Below are positions 11,429-22,823 of a stretch of DNA of 64,000 nt, piece after piece. The first letter of the stretch is position 1. Each line of letters begins with the position of its first letter. The translations under genes and the position numbers were made by a program. The DNA comes from Cyanidioschyzon merolae (taxonomy: Eukaryota), in assembly GCA_000091205.1 (NCBI GenBank), contig AP006499.2. The stretch is one strand, 5' to 3'. The notes under the pieces are model-generated. The model was not told where the DNA came from. It did not search any database and worked only from the letters and a program-made list of their open reading frames with translations.

Positions 11429-12622
11429 ATGGCGGCGACGCCCGGCGTCGCTGATACGCGGAAACCTGCTCGAGGGCTGCGTTCGCGAAGAAGAAAGCGA
11501 CGCACGGAAGCGGGGTCTTTCAAAACGACTGACAGAGTCATCGTTGGCGGAGCACTGGCGCTTGGTTTCGCCTTCATCCTCTCGATGGGTGTTGCTGTCA
11601 GCCGACCGCGGTGGATGGCGACGCTTCCGCAGCCAGTCGTCCAGGAGGCTCAACTTGCGCGCCCGTCGCAGGGACCTGCACCCAGCAGTTGGGCGCGCAC
11701 TGCCAGCATCCTCGCGCTGAGTACACTTATTGGAATGATCGTGCCGCTTCTCTTTCTGTTATCGATCCAGAACCGGCTGATTTACAAACCAAGCCGCAGA
11801 ATTCGAGGCAAGCCCGATCAATACGGTATGGTGCATTACGAGGACGTGTATTTCTGTACAGCCGATGGCCACGAAATACATGGCTGGTTCATCAAATGCG
11901 CACCAGCCAAATACCGAGAGCGCCCGACGTTCATCTATTTCCATGGTACCGATCTAAATATGAGTTATCGGCTGCCGAAGGTGTTCCATATTCATAGCAA
12001 ACTGGACTGTAATGTGTTTCTGTGGTCTTATCGGGGATACGGAATGAGCGAGGGCTTTCCCAGTGAGCGCGGTTTGCAGCGAGACGCCGCGGCAATGATT
12101 CAGTACCTGAGTACTCGCAGCGACATTGATCAGTCGCAGTTGTGGGTATTTGGCGAATCCCTCGGCGGGGCGGTTGCCCTTGATTTCGTTTACCGACACT
12201 CGGACAAAATTCGAGCATTGATCTTGGAGAATACCTTCACTGCGCTGATCGATATGATCGATCTCGTGCATCCGTATTTGCGCCTATTCAAGTGGCTCGT
12301 GACGCAGAACAAATGGCTATCACGCGAGAAAATCAAGCACATTGAGGTGCCTGTGCTTCTACTTAGTGGTCTTCGCGATGGATTCATTCCCCCAAGAATG
12401 ATGCAGCAGCTCTACGACGCCGCGAGCAGATCGCGGCTTCGGCGCCTCGTTCGTTTCGAAGAGGGCACCCACAACAGGACCTGGATGATGCCAGGGTATA
12501 TTGACGCGATCCGACGATTCATCGCGGATGTCGATGCCATCGTTCCGGAAAGCGCTGCTACGGAGCGAGCGGGCTCTGTTCTAGTAGAGGGCGAGGCCGA
12601 CTGTCCCGCGGAGACGCCGTGA
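11429..12622 (+). CDS. ABHD13: BEM46 / ABHD13-family alpha/beta-hydrolase with an N-terminal membrane anchor.
   Basis: Matches ABHD13/Bem46 along its length: LIYKPSRR…YGMVHYEDVYFCTADGHEIHGWFIK; FIYFHGTD…RGYGMSEG; nucleophile elbow GESLGGAVAL; ENTFTAL; LLLSGLRDGFIPPRMMQQLY; GTHNRTW. ATGs verified at 11429 and 11615 (MATLPQP…, just before the predicted TM ILALSTLIGMIVPLLFLL). The 11054 start is upstream unsupported sequence. Confidence 0.8.
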   Translation: MAATPGVADTRKPARGLRSRRRKRRTEAGSFKTTDRVIVGGALALGFAFILSMGVAVSRPRWMATLPQPVVQEAQLARPSQGPAPSSWARTASILALSTLIGMIVPLLFLLSIQNRLIYKPSRRIRGKPDQYGMVHYEDVYFCTADGHEIHGWFIKCAPAKYRERPTFIYFHGTDLNMSYRLPKVFHIHSKLDCNVFLWSYRGYGMSEGFPSERGLQRDAAAMIQYLSTRSDIDQSQLWVFGESLGGAVALDFVYRHSDKIRALILENTFTALIDMIDLVHPYLRLFKWLVTQNKWLSREKIKHIEVPVLLLSGLRDGFIPPRMMQQLYDAASRSRLRRLVRFEEGTHNRTWMMPGYIDAIRRFIADVDAIVPESAATERAGSVLVEGEADCPAETP

Positions 12623-13288
12623 CCCGGAACACGTTTCTTCTTCGGTCTAAGGATCTGGGACTTTTTCAGACTCTGGGGCGTCTTTATGTATGCTGTTGCC
12701 TCGCACGCGTCCTGTGCTCTACAGACAAAATATGTCCCGCTTTCGGGTGCATGCCAAGGCGCAGTCTACTTGTGCAAGAGTGCGAACGAGGAGAGCCATT
12801 GTGCTTCGAGGCAGGCGAATGCTGTATGCTGCGGTTTCAGCATGGACTGGGTAATGCGGTGCATACTTCCATGCAGTGAGCAGACGTGCCCTCACTAGGT
12901 CCCGAAATGGATTGCAGTGAATCAACGGGGCGTCGAATATTTTTTCGGGGTACTAGGATGCTCGCCTGGTATAGAGTGTCCTGCACAAGCGCTGCGCATA
13001 CCGGTACATTCACGTAGCGCACATGTCGCTTCACGAGGCAAACTCTCTGGATCGCGGGGAAACGCACTGCAGCCAAGTATTTCGCCGGTCATTGGCGGCG
13101 TTCTCGAACTCGCATTCAGTCGCTGGTTGTCGATTGCGTAAAATGCATGCCAGGCAAAGGAAGAGTAATGCGTGGACGGGACATGCTCATCCCAAAAGTG
13201 ACCCTTTGCCGACACTGCTTCAACCCGTTAAAGCACAATTGCTGACCAGGAACGCTCGCTCCACCACAATCCCAGGCTCAGTGAAAGA

Positions 13289-14932
13289 CTAATGAGCAGC
13301 CATGCCGGCAGCAGCCTTGAACGCTTCGTCACAGATTTCCGACAAAGTCGGATGCGTGTGTACTGCGAATGCCAACTTGTGAACGGGAATGCCGGTCTGC
13401 ATAGCGTTTGCTGCTTCATGAATGAGATCTGCCGCATGCATGCCTATAATGTGCATGCCCAGGAGCTCTCCTGTATCCTTGCGAAATAGAACTTTGGCAA
13501 TCCCTTCGGCATGATTTTCCGCAAGCGCTTTGCTGTTCGCCCTAAAGTGACCGAGAGCCTTGCCTAACTCGAACCGCTCGCGCTCCGCAATCGCCCGAGC
13601 CTGTTCCTCGGTGAACCCTACCATACTGATTTCCGGATGTGTGAAACATGCAGCGGGGATGCATTCCATTCGCAAACGGTACGACGTATTTCCCGCGATG
13701 TGCTCCACGACACTGATGCCTTGGGCTGATGCCGCATGGGCGAGCATCAGCTTCCCATTTGCATCACCGATACAGTAGAGATGCTCGATGGGCGCACCGG
13801 TCTCGTCCAACACACGCATGTGATCATCGACGGGAACGAATCCCTTGTTCAGTCGAACACCAAGCTTCTCGAGACCGAGACCATCCGTGTACGGGCGTCT
13901 ACCTGTGGCCACTAAAGCGGCATCGACTTGGAGGACCTCGACAGGCGCCTTTGTCTCAGCGTTCACCAACTCAATATGGACCGGTTTCTGGCCCGGAATA
14001 CCTGGTACGACTTTGGTGGCGAGAACCCCTGTGTATGCGTCAACTGGTCGCGGAGATATCAGTAGCCGCTCTGCATACCGACTGATCTCGGCATCAAAGC
14101 TAGGCATGAGTTTCGGCGCTGCCTCTATAAATGTCACCTCTGATCCCAGCGCAGTATATACGTCGCTGAACTCTAGCCCAATGTAACCGCTACCGATGAT
14201 CGCGATCCATTCAGGTACCCATTCCAGCTTGAGGGCGTCGTCGGAGGTGAAGACGGTCTTCCCGTCGACTTGGATCCCAGGCGGCACCGCCGGTACACTT
14301 CCCGTCGCGATGACCACATCGCGAGCTGTAACGACGCGTTCCCCGGTACGCTCTCTTGGTTTGAGCAACTCTACTTTCTGGGGTGCTACAAGAGCGCCGC
14401 GAGCGTCAAGTACGTCGACACCGAGACCGCGCAGTGACTGTACCAGGTTCCCTCGAACGCGGGACGCAAGGCTATTCGCGTGGTTGCTTACAGCTTGGCG
14501 ATCGTAGTCGACCTGGCCGCGCACGGAAATGCCCATAGCCTGCAGACGCTCAACCGTTCGAAGCTCCCGGACTTTTCCCGCAGCAGCAAGTAGCGCTTTT
14601 GACGGAACGCAGCCACGGTTCACGCACGTTCCACCAGCATCGCCACCGGTTAAAACTGCCGTCTTCAAACCTCTGCTCCGCGCATGCAGCGCAGCTCCGT
14701 GCCCGCCAACACCAGCACCAATAATAACGAGGTCATAGTCGTAGGTGGCTTGCACCGCTCGAACGCGCGACCGCCGACTCGCCACACGGGGAAACAGACG
14801 GTGTCGAGCGGATCGCGCCACTGGCTCGCTACGGTTACCAGTGAAACTCGTGTTCAAATTATCTGAACGGACGCGTACATCGAACGAGGTACAAAACGTC
14901 AAACTGAGTACTGAGACTCGACAAGTAGCCAT
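13289..14932 (-). CDS. LPD: Plastid-type dihydrolipoamide dehydrogenase (LPD, E3 of pyruvate dehydrogenase) with an N-terminal presequence of about 65 aa.
   Basis: YDYDLVIIGAGVGGHGAALHA (FAD binding); redox-active GGTCVNRGCVPSK; GDANGKLMLAHAASAQG; C-terminal HTHPTLSEICDEAF. The block YDYDLVIIGAGVGGHGAALHA is as I recall typical of cyanobacterial/plastid LPD. ATG verified at 14932 (MATCRVSVLSLTFCTSFDVRVRS…); an alternative upstream ATG is at 15004. The ORF-track start at 15136 is GTG and its 'ACIRACIRAC' N-terminus is translation of a simple repeat. Confidence 0.85.
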   Translation of the reverse strand: MATCRVSVLSLTFCTSFDVRVRSDNLNTSFTGNRSEPVARSARHRLFPRVASRRSRVRAVQATYDYDLVIIGAGVGGHGAALHARSRGLKTAVLTGGDAGGTCVNRGCVPSKALLAAAGKVRELRTVERLQAMGISVRGQVDYDRQAVSNHANSLASRVRGNLVQSLRGLGVDVLDARGALVAPQKVELLKPRERTGERVVTARDVVIATGSVPAVPPGIQVDGKTVFTSDDALKLEWVPEWIAIIGSGYIGLEFSDVYTALGSEVTFIEAAPKLMPSFDAEISRYAERLLISPRPVDAYTGVLATKVVPGIPGQKPVHIELVNAETKAPVEVLQVDAALVATGRRPYTDGLGLEKLGVRLNKGFVPVDDHMRVLDETGAPIEHLYCIGDANGKLMLAHAASAQGISVVEHIAGNTSYRLRMECIPAACFTHPEISMVGFTEEQARAIAERERFELGKALGHFRANSKALAENHAEGIAKVLFRKDTGELLGMHIIGMHAADLIHEAANAMQTGIPVHKLAFAVHTHPTLSEICDEAFKAAAGMAAH

Positions 14933-14989
14933 ACTCCCCGGAATGCGTGCACAGCAGTCGAAGCGTTGAATGCGTCGAGCGCACGAACG

Positions 14990-15100
14990 TGCGCATGCAT
15001 GCATGCATGCATCATGCGCTGATGCAGGCACACAGGCACGGATGCAGGCACGGATGCAGGCAAGGATGCAGGCACGGATGCAGGCACACAGGCACGCAGG
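14990..15100. repeat. Simple-sequence tract (GCAT)5 followed by about 6 copies of a 12-mer GGATGCAGGCAC. Lies in the 5' flank of the LPD gene.
   Basis: gcgcatgcatgcatgcatgcatcatgcgc…ggatgcaggcacggatgcaggcaaggatgcaggcacggatgcaggcac, read directly from the sequence. Confidence 0.9.
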
Positions 15101-16989
15101 GAGGCGCTTTTGCCCTGCACGCGGCGTGCTCGGCACGCACTTGATCGCCGAGCTGATTCAAGCTCCATGCTCAACTGGAGCACATGTCCATGGTTGATGA
15201 AGCGTCCAAGCGTCTATATAGAGGCTCAAGTCGACCGACTGGTCACCGCTGGCAGCTGCATATTCTGAGGAATGCTGCTATGTTCAACTACTTTACGCTA
15301 TGCAATGCTGCAGATTCTCTTGATAAGTATAGCCCCTATTCTTTGAGTAAATTCTGGCTCGGCGTTGTTTTCCCATGAAGCGTTCTATCAAGGAATGGAG
15401 GCGCCCGCCTGACTAGCGTCGGTGCATATACATGCATGGTGTCTGGTTCACTTCATGCAACCTTTACGGGAGCTTTTGCGGAAGAGCAAGTGTGCGCGCC
15501 GAGCTCGCTGCGCGATGACTCTGGTGGAGAAATGATTTGTATGCGCTCACGGCAGGCTCGGCACACGAAGTATCACACGAACTGACGATTATCTCTAAAG
15601 CAAGCTCTGAATAGTCTTAGCTGACGGCATCTGTAGGTCTGGCGCGGACTGATGGCTGCGCCTCTTGACGCACATAACAATCGCGTCCTGAGGGATCCTT
15701 ATCCAGACTATATCCGTGTCAGATTAAAACGGAACACTAAATTGTGCGCTCTGCTCTTGCCTTTCATGCTTTCCGAACTTTTCTAGATCTACATCCTCGA
15801 CATTTCATGAGCAGCAATACGGGCATTCAGATTCACTGGTGATTGCGAGATTCTCAAGTGTCTCTTTGGAGAAGCTCCATGGACACGTTGCCGCTGGGTT
15901 TCTTTACCAAAACGGAATCAAGACTACACGCGACGAGCTCGAACAAAGCTTCGTAAAATAGGTGGTATCCATATCCAAGTCATGCGTGGAAGCCTCCACT
16001 CTTCCTGTTTACTCCCGTTTGGTACGCTTAAATAACGCGTTCTGCACGTTTTCCACCTCTGTGTCATGCCAAGTCGTTGGCGCAGCCAATGCGCGCCGCT
16101 GGATCGACGAAGAAGAAAACTCTAAGTTGGCCCATGACGAGTTGCGCTCAACGCCAAGCCCATATTTCACTAAACTTGTCTCACGAATTCGTCGATTCCT
16201 CTCCATAGACAAATCCTCCTCTCGTTGTTAACGACGAGAAGCCAGCATTCGACAGCAGCATGGTACCTCTGACCGTAAACGCTCTCAGATGTTTCCGTCC
16301 CTTCTGTTTGTATGGAAAACGGTAATGGGCTCGGACGTTGTTCATCGGAGCGGTCGTTTTCCGCGGAGAGTGCGTCACCGCTTCGCAGGGAAGGAACGTG
16401 GAACCATGGAAATTTCTCATCTTGTTCTCCAGTTTGGATTTTCTTTCTCGGACTTTTTTCATGATCGACAAGTTCACCGTCCATAGATCCACTGTCGAAT
16501 AGAACAGCATTCGCTTGTGCGTGCAGCGGACGAAGGACTCGCCGAGGGCATCGCCCAGAAGAGGCCTGTGAATATGAGGTACGGCACTTGGCATGGAACC
16601 AGAGGAAGGCAACGACACGAGCTTTCAGTACCCCTCAAGCGCATCTACCGCTTGATGAAAGAAGCATTCTCACGCGTCAGGACGGCCCTTAAAGAACAAA
16701 GTATGGTGGACGTATGAGAACGTCAGTAAACAGCCAAGTGCCGCCCTTTCCAGGGCACACCAGGATGTTTACAACGGAGATAAAAGTTGGCAAGCGAAAC
16801 GTTGATTACAACCACCGCCTGTGCATAAAGTGCAATGAAACCATCCGACAGTAGGGAAATCGGTACTTGAACACTGCCGTCAACTTCCTGCGACGACGAC
16901 TGACACCGGACCTTGAGGGAACGGAGAGATCGGCGGCTTCCAAGCCCTGGATACAACAGCGGAAAAGAGTGTATTCGAGTCAAAAGCTC

Positions 16990-17745
16990 CCAAAGGGTGA
17001 CAACGATGATCTTACACAGAGACTATAACTTAAGAGTATACAAATCCGAGATAGATACCCTGTTCCCTTTCTTTCGGACTCGTTGTCGAGAATCCGTCGA
17101 AGGGGTGACAACGGTGATCTTACACAGAGACCATAACTTAAGAGTATATAAATCCGAGATAGATACCCTGTTCCCTTTCTTTCGGACTCGTTGTCGAGGA
17201 TCCGTCGAAGGGGTGACAACGGTGATCTTACACAGAGACCATAACTTAAGAGTGTACAAATCCGAGATAGATACCCTGTTCCCTTTCTTTCGGACTCGTT
17301 GTCGAGAATCCGTCGAAGGGGTGACAACGGTGATCTTACACAGAGACCATAACTTAAGAGTATATAAATCCGAGATAGATGCCCTGTTCCCTTTCTTTCG
17401 GACTCGTTGTCGAGGATCCGTCGAAGGGGTGACAACGGTGATCTTACACAGAGACCATAACTTAAGAGTATATAAATCCGAGATAGATGCCCTGTTCCCT
17501 TTCTTTCGGACTCGTTGTCGAGGATCCGTCGAAGGGGTGACAACGGTGATCTTACACAGAGACCATAACTTAAGAGTATACAAATCCGAGATAGATACCC
17601 TGTTCCCTTTCTTTCGGACTCGTTATCGAGAATCCGTCGAAGGGGTGACAACGGTGATCTTACACAGAGACTATAACTTAAGAGTATATAAATCCGAGAT
17701 AGATACCCTGTTCCCTTTCTTTCGGACTCGTTGTCGAGAATCCGT
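16990..17745. repeat. Tandem minisatellite, 108-bp unit, 7 copies, about 200 bp upstream of the condensin CAP-D2 start codon.
   Basis: Unit GGGTGACAACG(G/A)TGATCTTACACAGAGAC(C/T)ATAACTTAAGAGTATA(T/C)AAATCCGAGATAGAT(A/G)CCCTGTTCCCTTTCTTTCGGACTCGTTGTCGAG(G/A)ATCCGTCGAAG with period 108 (starts about 16995, 17103, 17211, 17319, 17427, 17535, 17643). It keeps 3 frames open, which produces artefactual ORFs 16913..17860, 16980..17837 and 17023..17583. Confidence 0.95.
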
Positions 17746-17960
17746 CGCTCAAACAATCGTCCACGACGCATTTGAATTCCCGGGCCGCCCTGTCCAATCT
17801 GCCGCGTCAGGCACAGCGGAGGCGCTGGCGCGTTCACGGCGGCGCTCTACGAACCTCTAGCTCTACCAACAAGTCATTGGACGAGAGCGTCGTTACGAGA
17901 ATATCGGAGCACCGTCGCTCTTGGACGACAACCAGGAGGCAAGGGTGAGCAGAAGTGACA

Positions 17961-20900
17961 ATGCGAACCGAACGCGGCAATGCAGTTGCTTCCTCGGAAG
18001 CTGGGGCAATCTGGTTCCAACTTCTTCAAGCAATTGGAGTGCCATGCTCGAGTTCCGACGATTCAGACTGGCTCTCACCGTGGAGGCTGCTGCTTCAGAC
18101 GCAGTACGAACGGTTCATCGCTCACTGGTACAGACAAACAGAAGAACCAACACGTGCTGAGGTGGAGGAATCACTTGGTCGTCTTTGCGTAGGTGACTCG
18201 CTAGGCCTGGATATATCTGCGGAGAACGGCGACGCTGAGCGGATACCGTTGGAGTTTTTAGGCTCGGGGCACGATACGCTGTCGCTGCATCAGATCCCGG
18301 TGGCGCTTGTCCATATGGAAAAATTCTGTTTCGCTCTTGAATCGGCCCTGGAAGGTGTCAACAGAGAGCCGGCGCGCACCGACGTCCAGCCGGCGAGTCA
18401 GGGTGGCGACAGCGTTCATACGGGTGCTGAATCCGTGGTTACGGGGCTCTATGCTTCCTGTCCGGACGTTTCAAGTATCATTGGAGTGCTGTACGCATGG
18501 ATCAGGGTCGGTATGCAGCTGGAAGAGCAGTGTGGTGCTGCCTTAGTGCGTCGCAAGCGGGCCGTGCAATTCAGCCAAGAGGGCGCACCTGAGAAGCGAG
18601 CAGCATCGGAGCAAAACTTTCGCAATGGCGACAAACAAGAGAGAGACGAGCGCTTCCGAAACCAGACTACTTGCCGTGTAACAAGTGATAGAGCCTCCAG
18701 TTCCGACGATTCAGCCGAGGACTCACAGGGAAAAGACCATGAGCAAGCCAGTACCGGGCTTTCAGATGTTTTGTTCACGCAGACACGCCTCAGGGCTGCG
18801 GTGCTTAGCATGCTCGCTAGCCAGGCGTACTGGCGTGTACTTTCCGTCATGCCCGAAGCTTTCGTTCCCTTCGTCTTCAAGGCCGCTGTGCACGCCCTGA
18901 GGCAAATGACGCGCGCGCAAGGAATCGGAGCGCTCGTCGAGGAGGTCAGCACGAAAACGCTATCCGCGCTTGCCGCTCTCTTCGACTCCATACCATGGAT
19001 TCGCTATCTGCTGCGAATCGGTATCCAACAAGTGTCGGTCACAGGACCACTTCAGCCTCAAGGTCACCGCGGGTCGCCGCTCGCCGATGATGATTCTAAC
19101 TCAGCGGGCCTCGAAGAATCCCTGAGCGGTGCATCAGAACTCATCCTCCGCAGATTGGTTGCAGTCGGGCTGAACAAGCCACGTTCCACCAAGCTGCTAT
19201 GCTCGAAGGAACAGGTTTTTCGAAGTGCTTGGAAGAATATGATCATGGTGACTGCATTCTCATCCGAGCAGCTCGTTCGCGGAGCACTACGTCCTGTTCT
19301 GAATCTGTTCATAGAGGGTCTCTCTCTCAAAGGAGCGGCGCCGGTTATCGATCCCAGCCCAACCGCTACCCCGGCAGCGTCCAGTAATGCGCTCCACTCG
19401 CTTTCGACTGCGTTGTGTGAGCTTCTCCAGGCTGCCGGGAGAGAGGCCCCAGAAGAGGCGGGCACAAGCATTACGGAACGAATCTCAGCCGCGGTGCTTG
19501 TTCTGCTTCAGCATTTAAGCATCCGAGCGCCGGAGACGGCGGTTCGTCGCTCCACTCTAGCACAGTGCATTTTATCCTTTTTGATCACAATGGAATCGAC
19601 CGATATCTACCGCTTCTGCTCTTTCGTTCAGAAACTCACACAGCATCCACGTGCAGCGGTTCGATGTCTGGCTTTGGAGATCGCTGCGAACATCGAGGAG
19701 GAGCCGGATGATGACCCCGCTAAGTCTTCAGAGGACGCCGCGGTAGCCTGGGCGCTCTTCTATCGGTCAATTTGGGCTCGAATACGTGATCGTCATGCCC
19801 TGGTCCGAGCACGGGCGCTTACTGCCACAGCTGCAGCCTTGGATCACCTTGCCGGTGCGAATCAGTCCAAGGCGCGAGCGCTGCTGCTCCGTGAGCGCCA
19901 ACTACTCATCAGTCGATTGCGGGACGAAAAAGCACCCGTGCGAAAGAGTGCCCTCACGCTCGCGTTCATAACGCTGGAGATGCTGGCGCAGCGAAGCGAA
20001 TGGACAAGAGCTGCAGATCGCATCCTGGCTGCTGTGCAGGAGCGATGTGCAGATACACACCTCGCGGTACGACTCGCAGCTGCACAGCAGGTTACGAGAC
20101 TCGCCAGTTCGGCACCGAGTGCGTTTCGAGAGCGCTTCATCAACGCCTGGTGTGACAGCGTGTTGCAACTGGTCTACGATCCAGAGCCGGCTGTCGTTGA
20201 AGCGTGCCTTGAAGGCTTTCTGGAGCTCCTCTTCAGCGCTCAAAACAGCGTCGCGGATGCACCAGCGGAAACCCAGTCGCAGGTGTGCCCACTCGTTGGG
20301 AACACTGTGCTCACGATAGCGGCTGGGAAAGGAGACCCACGAAGACCGTTCCTGTTCCTGCTGTGGCATCGCTTAAGCCAGCGAGCGCCGCTACCAGACA
20401 CCCTCTATCAGTGGCTCTGTGAAAGTGCGCATCCACAGGGGCAACCGGGCGCCTGGCATCTGCTTGCTCAACTCACATCCTATGCGGAAACTGCGCGCCA
20501 GGCAGTGGTGCGGCATATTCTGGAGTCTAACCAGCGGATTCTGATTGATCTCGATCCTGACGATCCCGTAGCCAATGAAGTGACTCAGGTTGTGGCTCAG
20601 ACGGCGCCCGCTGCCGGCCGTCTGGTCCCGCTTATCCAGAGTGATGCGCGCACTCTACTGTTTCAGCTCCGAGGCAATCCTGGTCGGATACCAGCGCTCA
20701 TCCAGTGCCTTGCACGGGTTGCCACCAACCCGCATTGGTCCCAAGAGCTCATTCAGGCTTGTTCCGAGTTGCTCTCCCTTGAGCCGGCGGAATACGCCTG
20801 TTCCTCGCTGGAGGAGCGGGCGTGTGCGCTTACGGCGTGGAGTGAGGTCGTCTTGAGCGGCCTCGCTGCGCCCGACGACGAGCGCCTTCGAGTGCGCGCA

Positions 20901-22823
20901 GAGGCTATTCTCGCTGATTCCGAGCGAAGCTCTGAGAATTTGCGCGCCTATGCACTACTGGCCCTGGGGAAACTCTGCATTCGGGGCGATGACACCCTTG
21001 CCCGGCATGGGACCAGCGTGCTCCTTCGCGAACTGGAGACCAGTGCCTCCTCGGTGTTGCGGAATAACGCGGTGCTCATTCTCGCGGATATGTGTCGTGT
21101 ATTTTCATGGCTTGCTGATCAGTACGCTGTGCGTATTGCAGCTGCAATGCGAGATCCGTCTCCACTCGTTCGCCGTCAAACCACGATGGTGCTTACAGGT
21201 CTCCTCGAAGAAGAATTCGTCAAGCCGAAAAAGGACGGGCTCGTGTTCCTCTTCCTATCCGTAACGGAAGACGATGATCCGATCGTGAGCAAGCTCGCCC
21301 GCCAGTGCCTCGAGAGAGTCTTCTTTCCCCGGAATCCTGCCGAGCGGGTGCATCAGCTCCTCGAATCACTCTTCTACTTCAATGACTGTACCTGTCACCC
21401 TCGATATAACCAGCATGCTGGAATGCACCAATCTCGGGCGGAGAGAGCGCGCTTCACTTTTCCGCAACAGGAAGCGTCACGTCATCGAATATACCAGTAC
21501 TTGATAAGCAACTGCACGGATGAGCAAGTGCTTTTGATTGCGGATCGTCTCGCAGCGGAGCTCATTGGCGGTCTACTGGACGGCGAGATGGGGCCCTTTC
21601 CCGCTATCCTGGACGAGGATTCGAGCGTGTACAACGTTGTTTCGGATACGTTGAAGCTGCTCGCCAGCCGGAATCTCGCAGGCGAGCGTTGGCACCTCGG
21701 CACGCTAGGCTCCTCGATGCATTCCCTGGAATGGATCACAGAGGCAGAAACGGAAACGGAAACGACGGCCATGTGGCTGTTACCTGCGGCAACGAAGCAA
21801 ACTGTGAGAACAACGGGAGCACTCGCCACAGCGCCAGTCGCCATCCAAAGCACCACTGGGGCACAAGCCGGCCTGGAAGCGCCGAGAAGCGCCCAAGGGC
21901 TCGCATCCGCTCAAGCGCGGCCGACGACTCGAGACGCATTGCCACGTGCTGGGAACGCTTCCGAGGAAACAGCACTGCAAGTGTTCCGGGGGCATCTGCT
22001 GCCAGTGCTCGCGAGGCAGAGTCTCGAGCAGACCATCCTGCCGGCTCTGGTTGAACTGCGTCGACATTTCGAACAACTGAAACATCCCCTAGTAGGCGTC
22101 GTTATCGAAGCGATTCGTGAGCAATTGCGACCTCATCGTGCAGACTTGTGGGTGCTCCTAAGAGACGACCCCGTGTTTGCCCGCGAAATCGCGCATGATC
22201 TTCATCAAGAGACAGCGGCTTTGGAGCGACAACGTGCATCCAGCTCCGCTAGGGTAACCCTTTCGACGCAAGTCGCCAAAGCAGGGCATACACCGCGTGG
22301 AACACCTGGACTGCGGCCATATCCAGACTCCAACAGTGCCGCACGACCGCGTCGCAGAGGCAGTTTTGGACCGCCGCCGCTTCAGGAAACAAATCAGGAT
22401 CGTAGTCCACGCACGCCAGCTGCTCAGTTGATGACAGTCAAACTCGTTCACGAAGACATCTTGACGAGCCGCCTTCGACGACCACGGCAGTCCGGCTCGG
22501 GGACGAAGACACCGGCCACGCACTCCGTACGCAAGTGCGTATCATTCACGCCCAGTCTCGTAGAGTCTAGAACCGAAGCCGAGACCGAAGTATCGCCACC
22601 AAGAAACTCCAGAGGCACACCGTACCCGCTGCACCGCGTCACGCCGCGCAGTGCGGGAGACCCCGCTTCTGGAACTCCCCTGTCGACAACGCTTCTCGAC
22701 GCGGTGGACGGTCTCTCGATCTCGTTTGAGGTACCGAATCAGTCGTCGGTTCCATATGAGAGGCTCATTCGCCAACGTCGATGTCGACGACACCTGGACG
22801 GTCGCTACCCATCGCCTTTCTAA
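17961..22823 (+). CDS. CAP-D2: Condensin complex subunit 1 (CAP-D2 / Ycs4 / Cnd1 family), 1620 aa.
   Basis: C-terminal Cnd1 domain: LLALGKLCIRGDD…LLRELETSASSVLRNNAVLILADMCRVFSWLADQYAVRIAAAMRDPSPLVRRQTTMVLTGLL…DDDPIVSKLARQCL. Long HEAT-like body. ATG verified at 17961 (17955 in the track is GTG). Confidence 0.8.
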   Translation: MRTERGNAVASSEAGAIWFQLLQAIGVPCSSSDDSDWLSPWRLLLQTQYERFIAHWYRQTEEPTRAEVEESLGRLCVGDSLGLDISAENGDAERIPLEFLGSGHDTLSLHQIPVALVHMEKFCFALESALEGVNREPARTDVQPASQGGDSVHTGAESVVTGLYASCPDVSSIIGVLYAWIRVGMQLEEQCGAALVRRKRAVQFSQEGAPEKRAASEQNFRNGDKQERDERFRNQTTCRVTSDRASSSDDSAEDSQGKDHEQASTGLSDVLFTQTRLRAAVLSMLASQAYWRVLSVMPEAFVPFVFKAAVHALRQMTRAQGIGALVEEVSTKTLSALAALFDSIPWIRYLLRIGIQQVSVTGPLQPQGHRGSPLADDDSNSAGLEESLSGASELILRRLVAVGLNKPRSTKLLCSKEQVFRSAWKNMIMVTAFSSEQLVRGALRPVLNLFIEGLSLKGAAPVIDPSPTATPAASSNALHSLSTALCELLQAAGREAPEEAGTSITERISAAVLVLLQHLSIRAPETAVRRSTLAQCILSFLITMESTDIYRFCSFVQKLTQHPRAAVRCLALEIAANIEEEPDDDPAKSSEDAAVAWALFYRSIWARIRDRHALVRARALTATAAALDHLAGANQSKARALLLRERQLLISRLRDEKAPVRKSALTLAFITLEMLAQRSEWTRAADRILAAVQERCADTHLAVRLAAAQQVTRLASSAPSAFRERFINAWCDSVLQLVYDPEPAVVEACLEGFLELLFSAQNSVADAPAETQSQVCPLVGNTVLTIAAGKGDPRRPFLFLLWHRLSQRAPLPDTLYQWLCESAHPQGQPGAWHLLAQLTSYAETARQAVVRHILESNQRILIDLDPDDPVANEVTQVVAQTAPAAGRLVPLIQSDARTLLFQLRGNPGRIPALIQCLARVATNPHWSQELIQACSELLSLEPAEYACSSLEERACALTAWSEVVLSGLAAPDDERLRVRAEAILADSERSSENLRAYALLALGKLCIRGDDTLARHGTSVLLRELETSASSVLRNNAVLILADMCRVFSWLADQYAVRIAAAMRDPSPLVRRQTTMVLTGLLEEEFVKPKKDGLVFLFLSVTEDDDPIVSKLARQCLERVFFPRNPAERVHQLLESLFYFNDCTCHPRYNQHAGMHQSRAERARFTFPQQEASRHRIYQYLISNCTDEQVLLIADRLAAELIGGLLDGEMGPFPAILDEDSSVYNVVSDTLKLLASRNLAGERWHLGTLGSSMHSLEWITEAETETETTAMWLLPAATKQTVRTTGALATAPVAIQSTTGAQAGLEAPRSAQGLASAQARPTTRDALPRAGNASEETALQVFRGHLLPVLARQSLEQTILPALVELRRHFEQLKHPLVGVVIEAIREQLRPHRADLWVLLRDDPVFAREIAHDLHQETAALERQRASSSARVTLSTQVAKAGHTPRGTPGLRPYPDSNSAARPRRRGSFGPPPLQETNQDRSPRTPAAQLMTVKLVHEDILTSRLRRPRQSGSGTKTPATHSVRKCVSFTPSLVESRTEAETEVSPPRNSRGTPYPLHRVTPRSAGDPASGTPLSTTLLDAVDGLSISFEVPNQSSVPYERLIRQRRCRRHLDGRYPSPF

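Noticed and set aside
13289-15136. N-terminal 'ACIRACILACIRACIRAC' extension of the LPD ORF as called in the track (start 15136).
   Set aside because: That start is GTG. The Cys/Ile/Arg/Ala repeat is simply translation of the (GGATGCAGGCAC)n simple repeat in the 5' flank. ATG at 14932 (or 15004) is the plausible start.
16913-17860. Three overlapping long ORFs (16913..17860 +, 16980..17837 -, 17023..17583 -) with 36-aa repeats.
   Set aside because: All three are generated by the 108-bp minisatellite. Simultaneous openness in three frames on both strands is the signature of a stop-free repeat unit, not of a gene.
21748-21769. (GAAACG)3 inside condensin CDS.
   Set aside because: Trivial in-frame microsatellite encoding TETETE. 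No evidence of significance.
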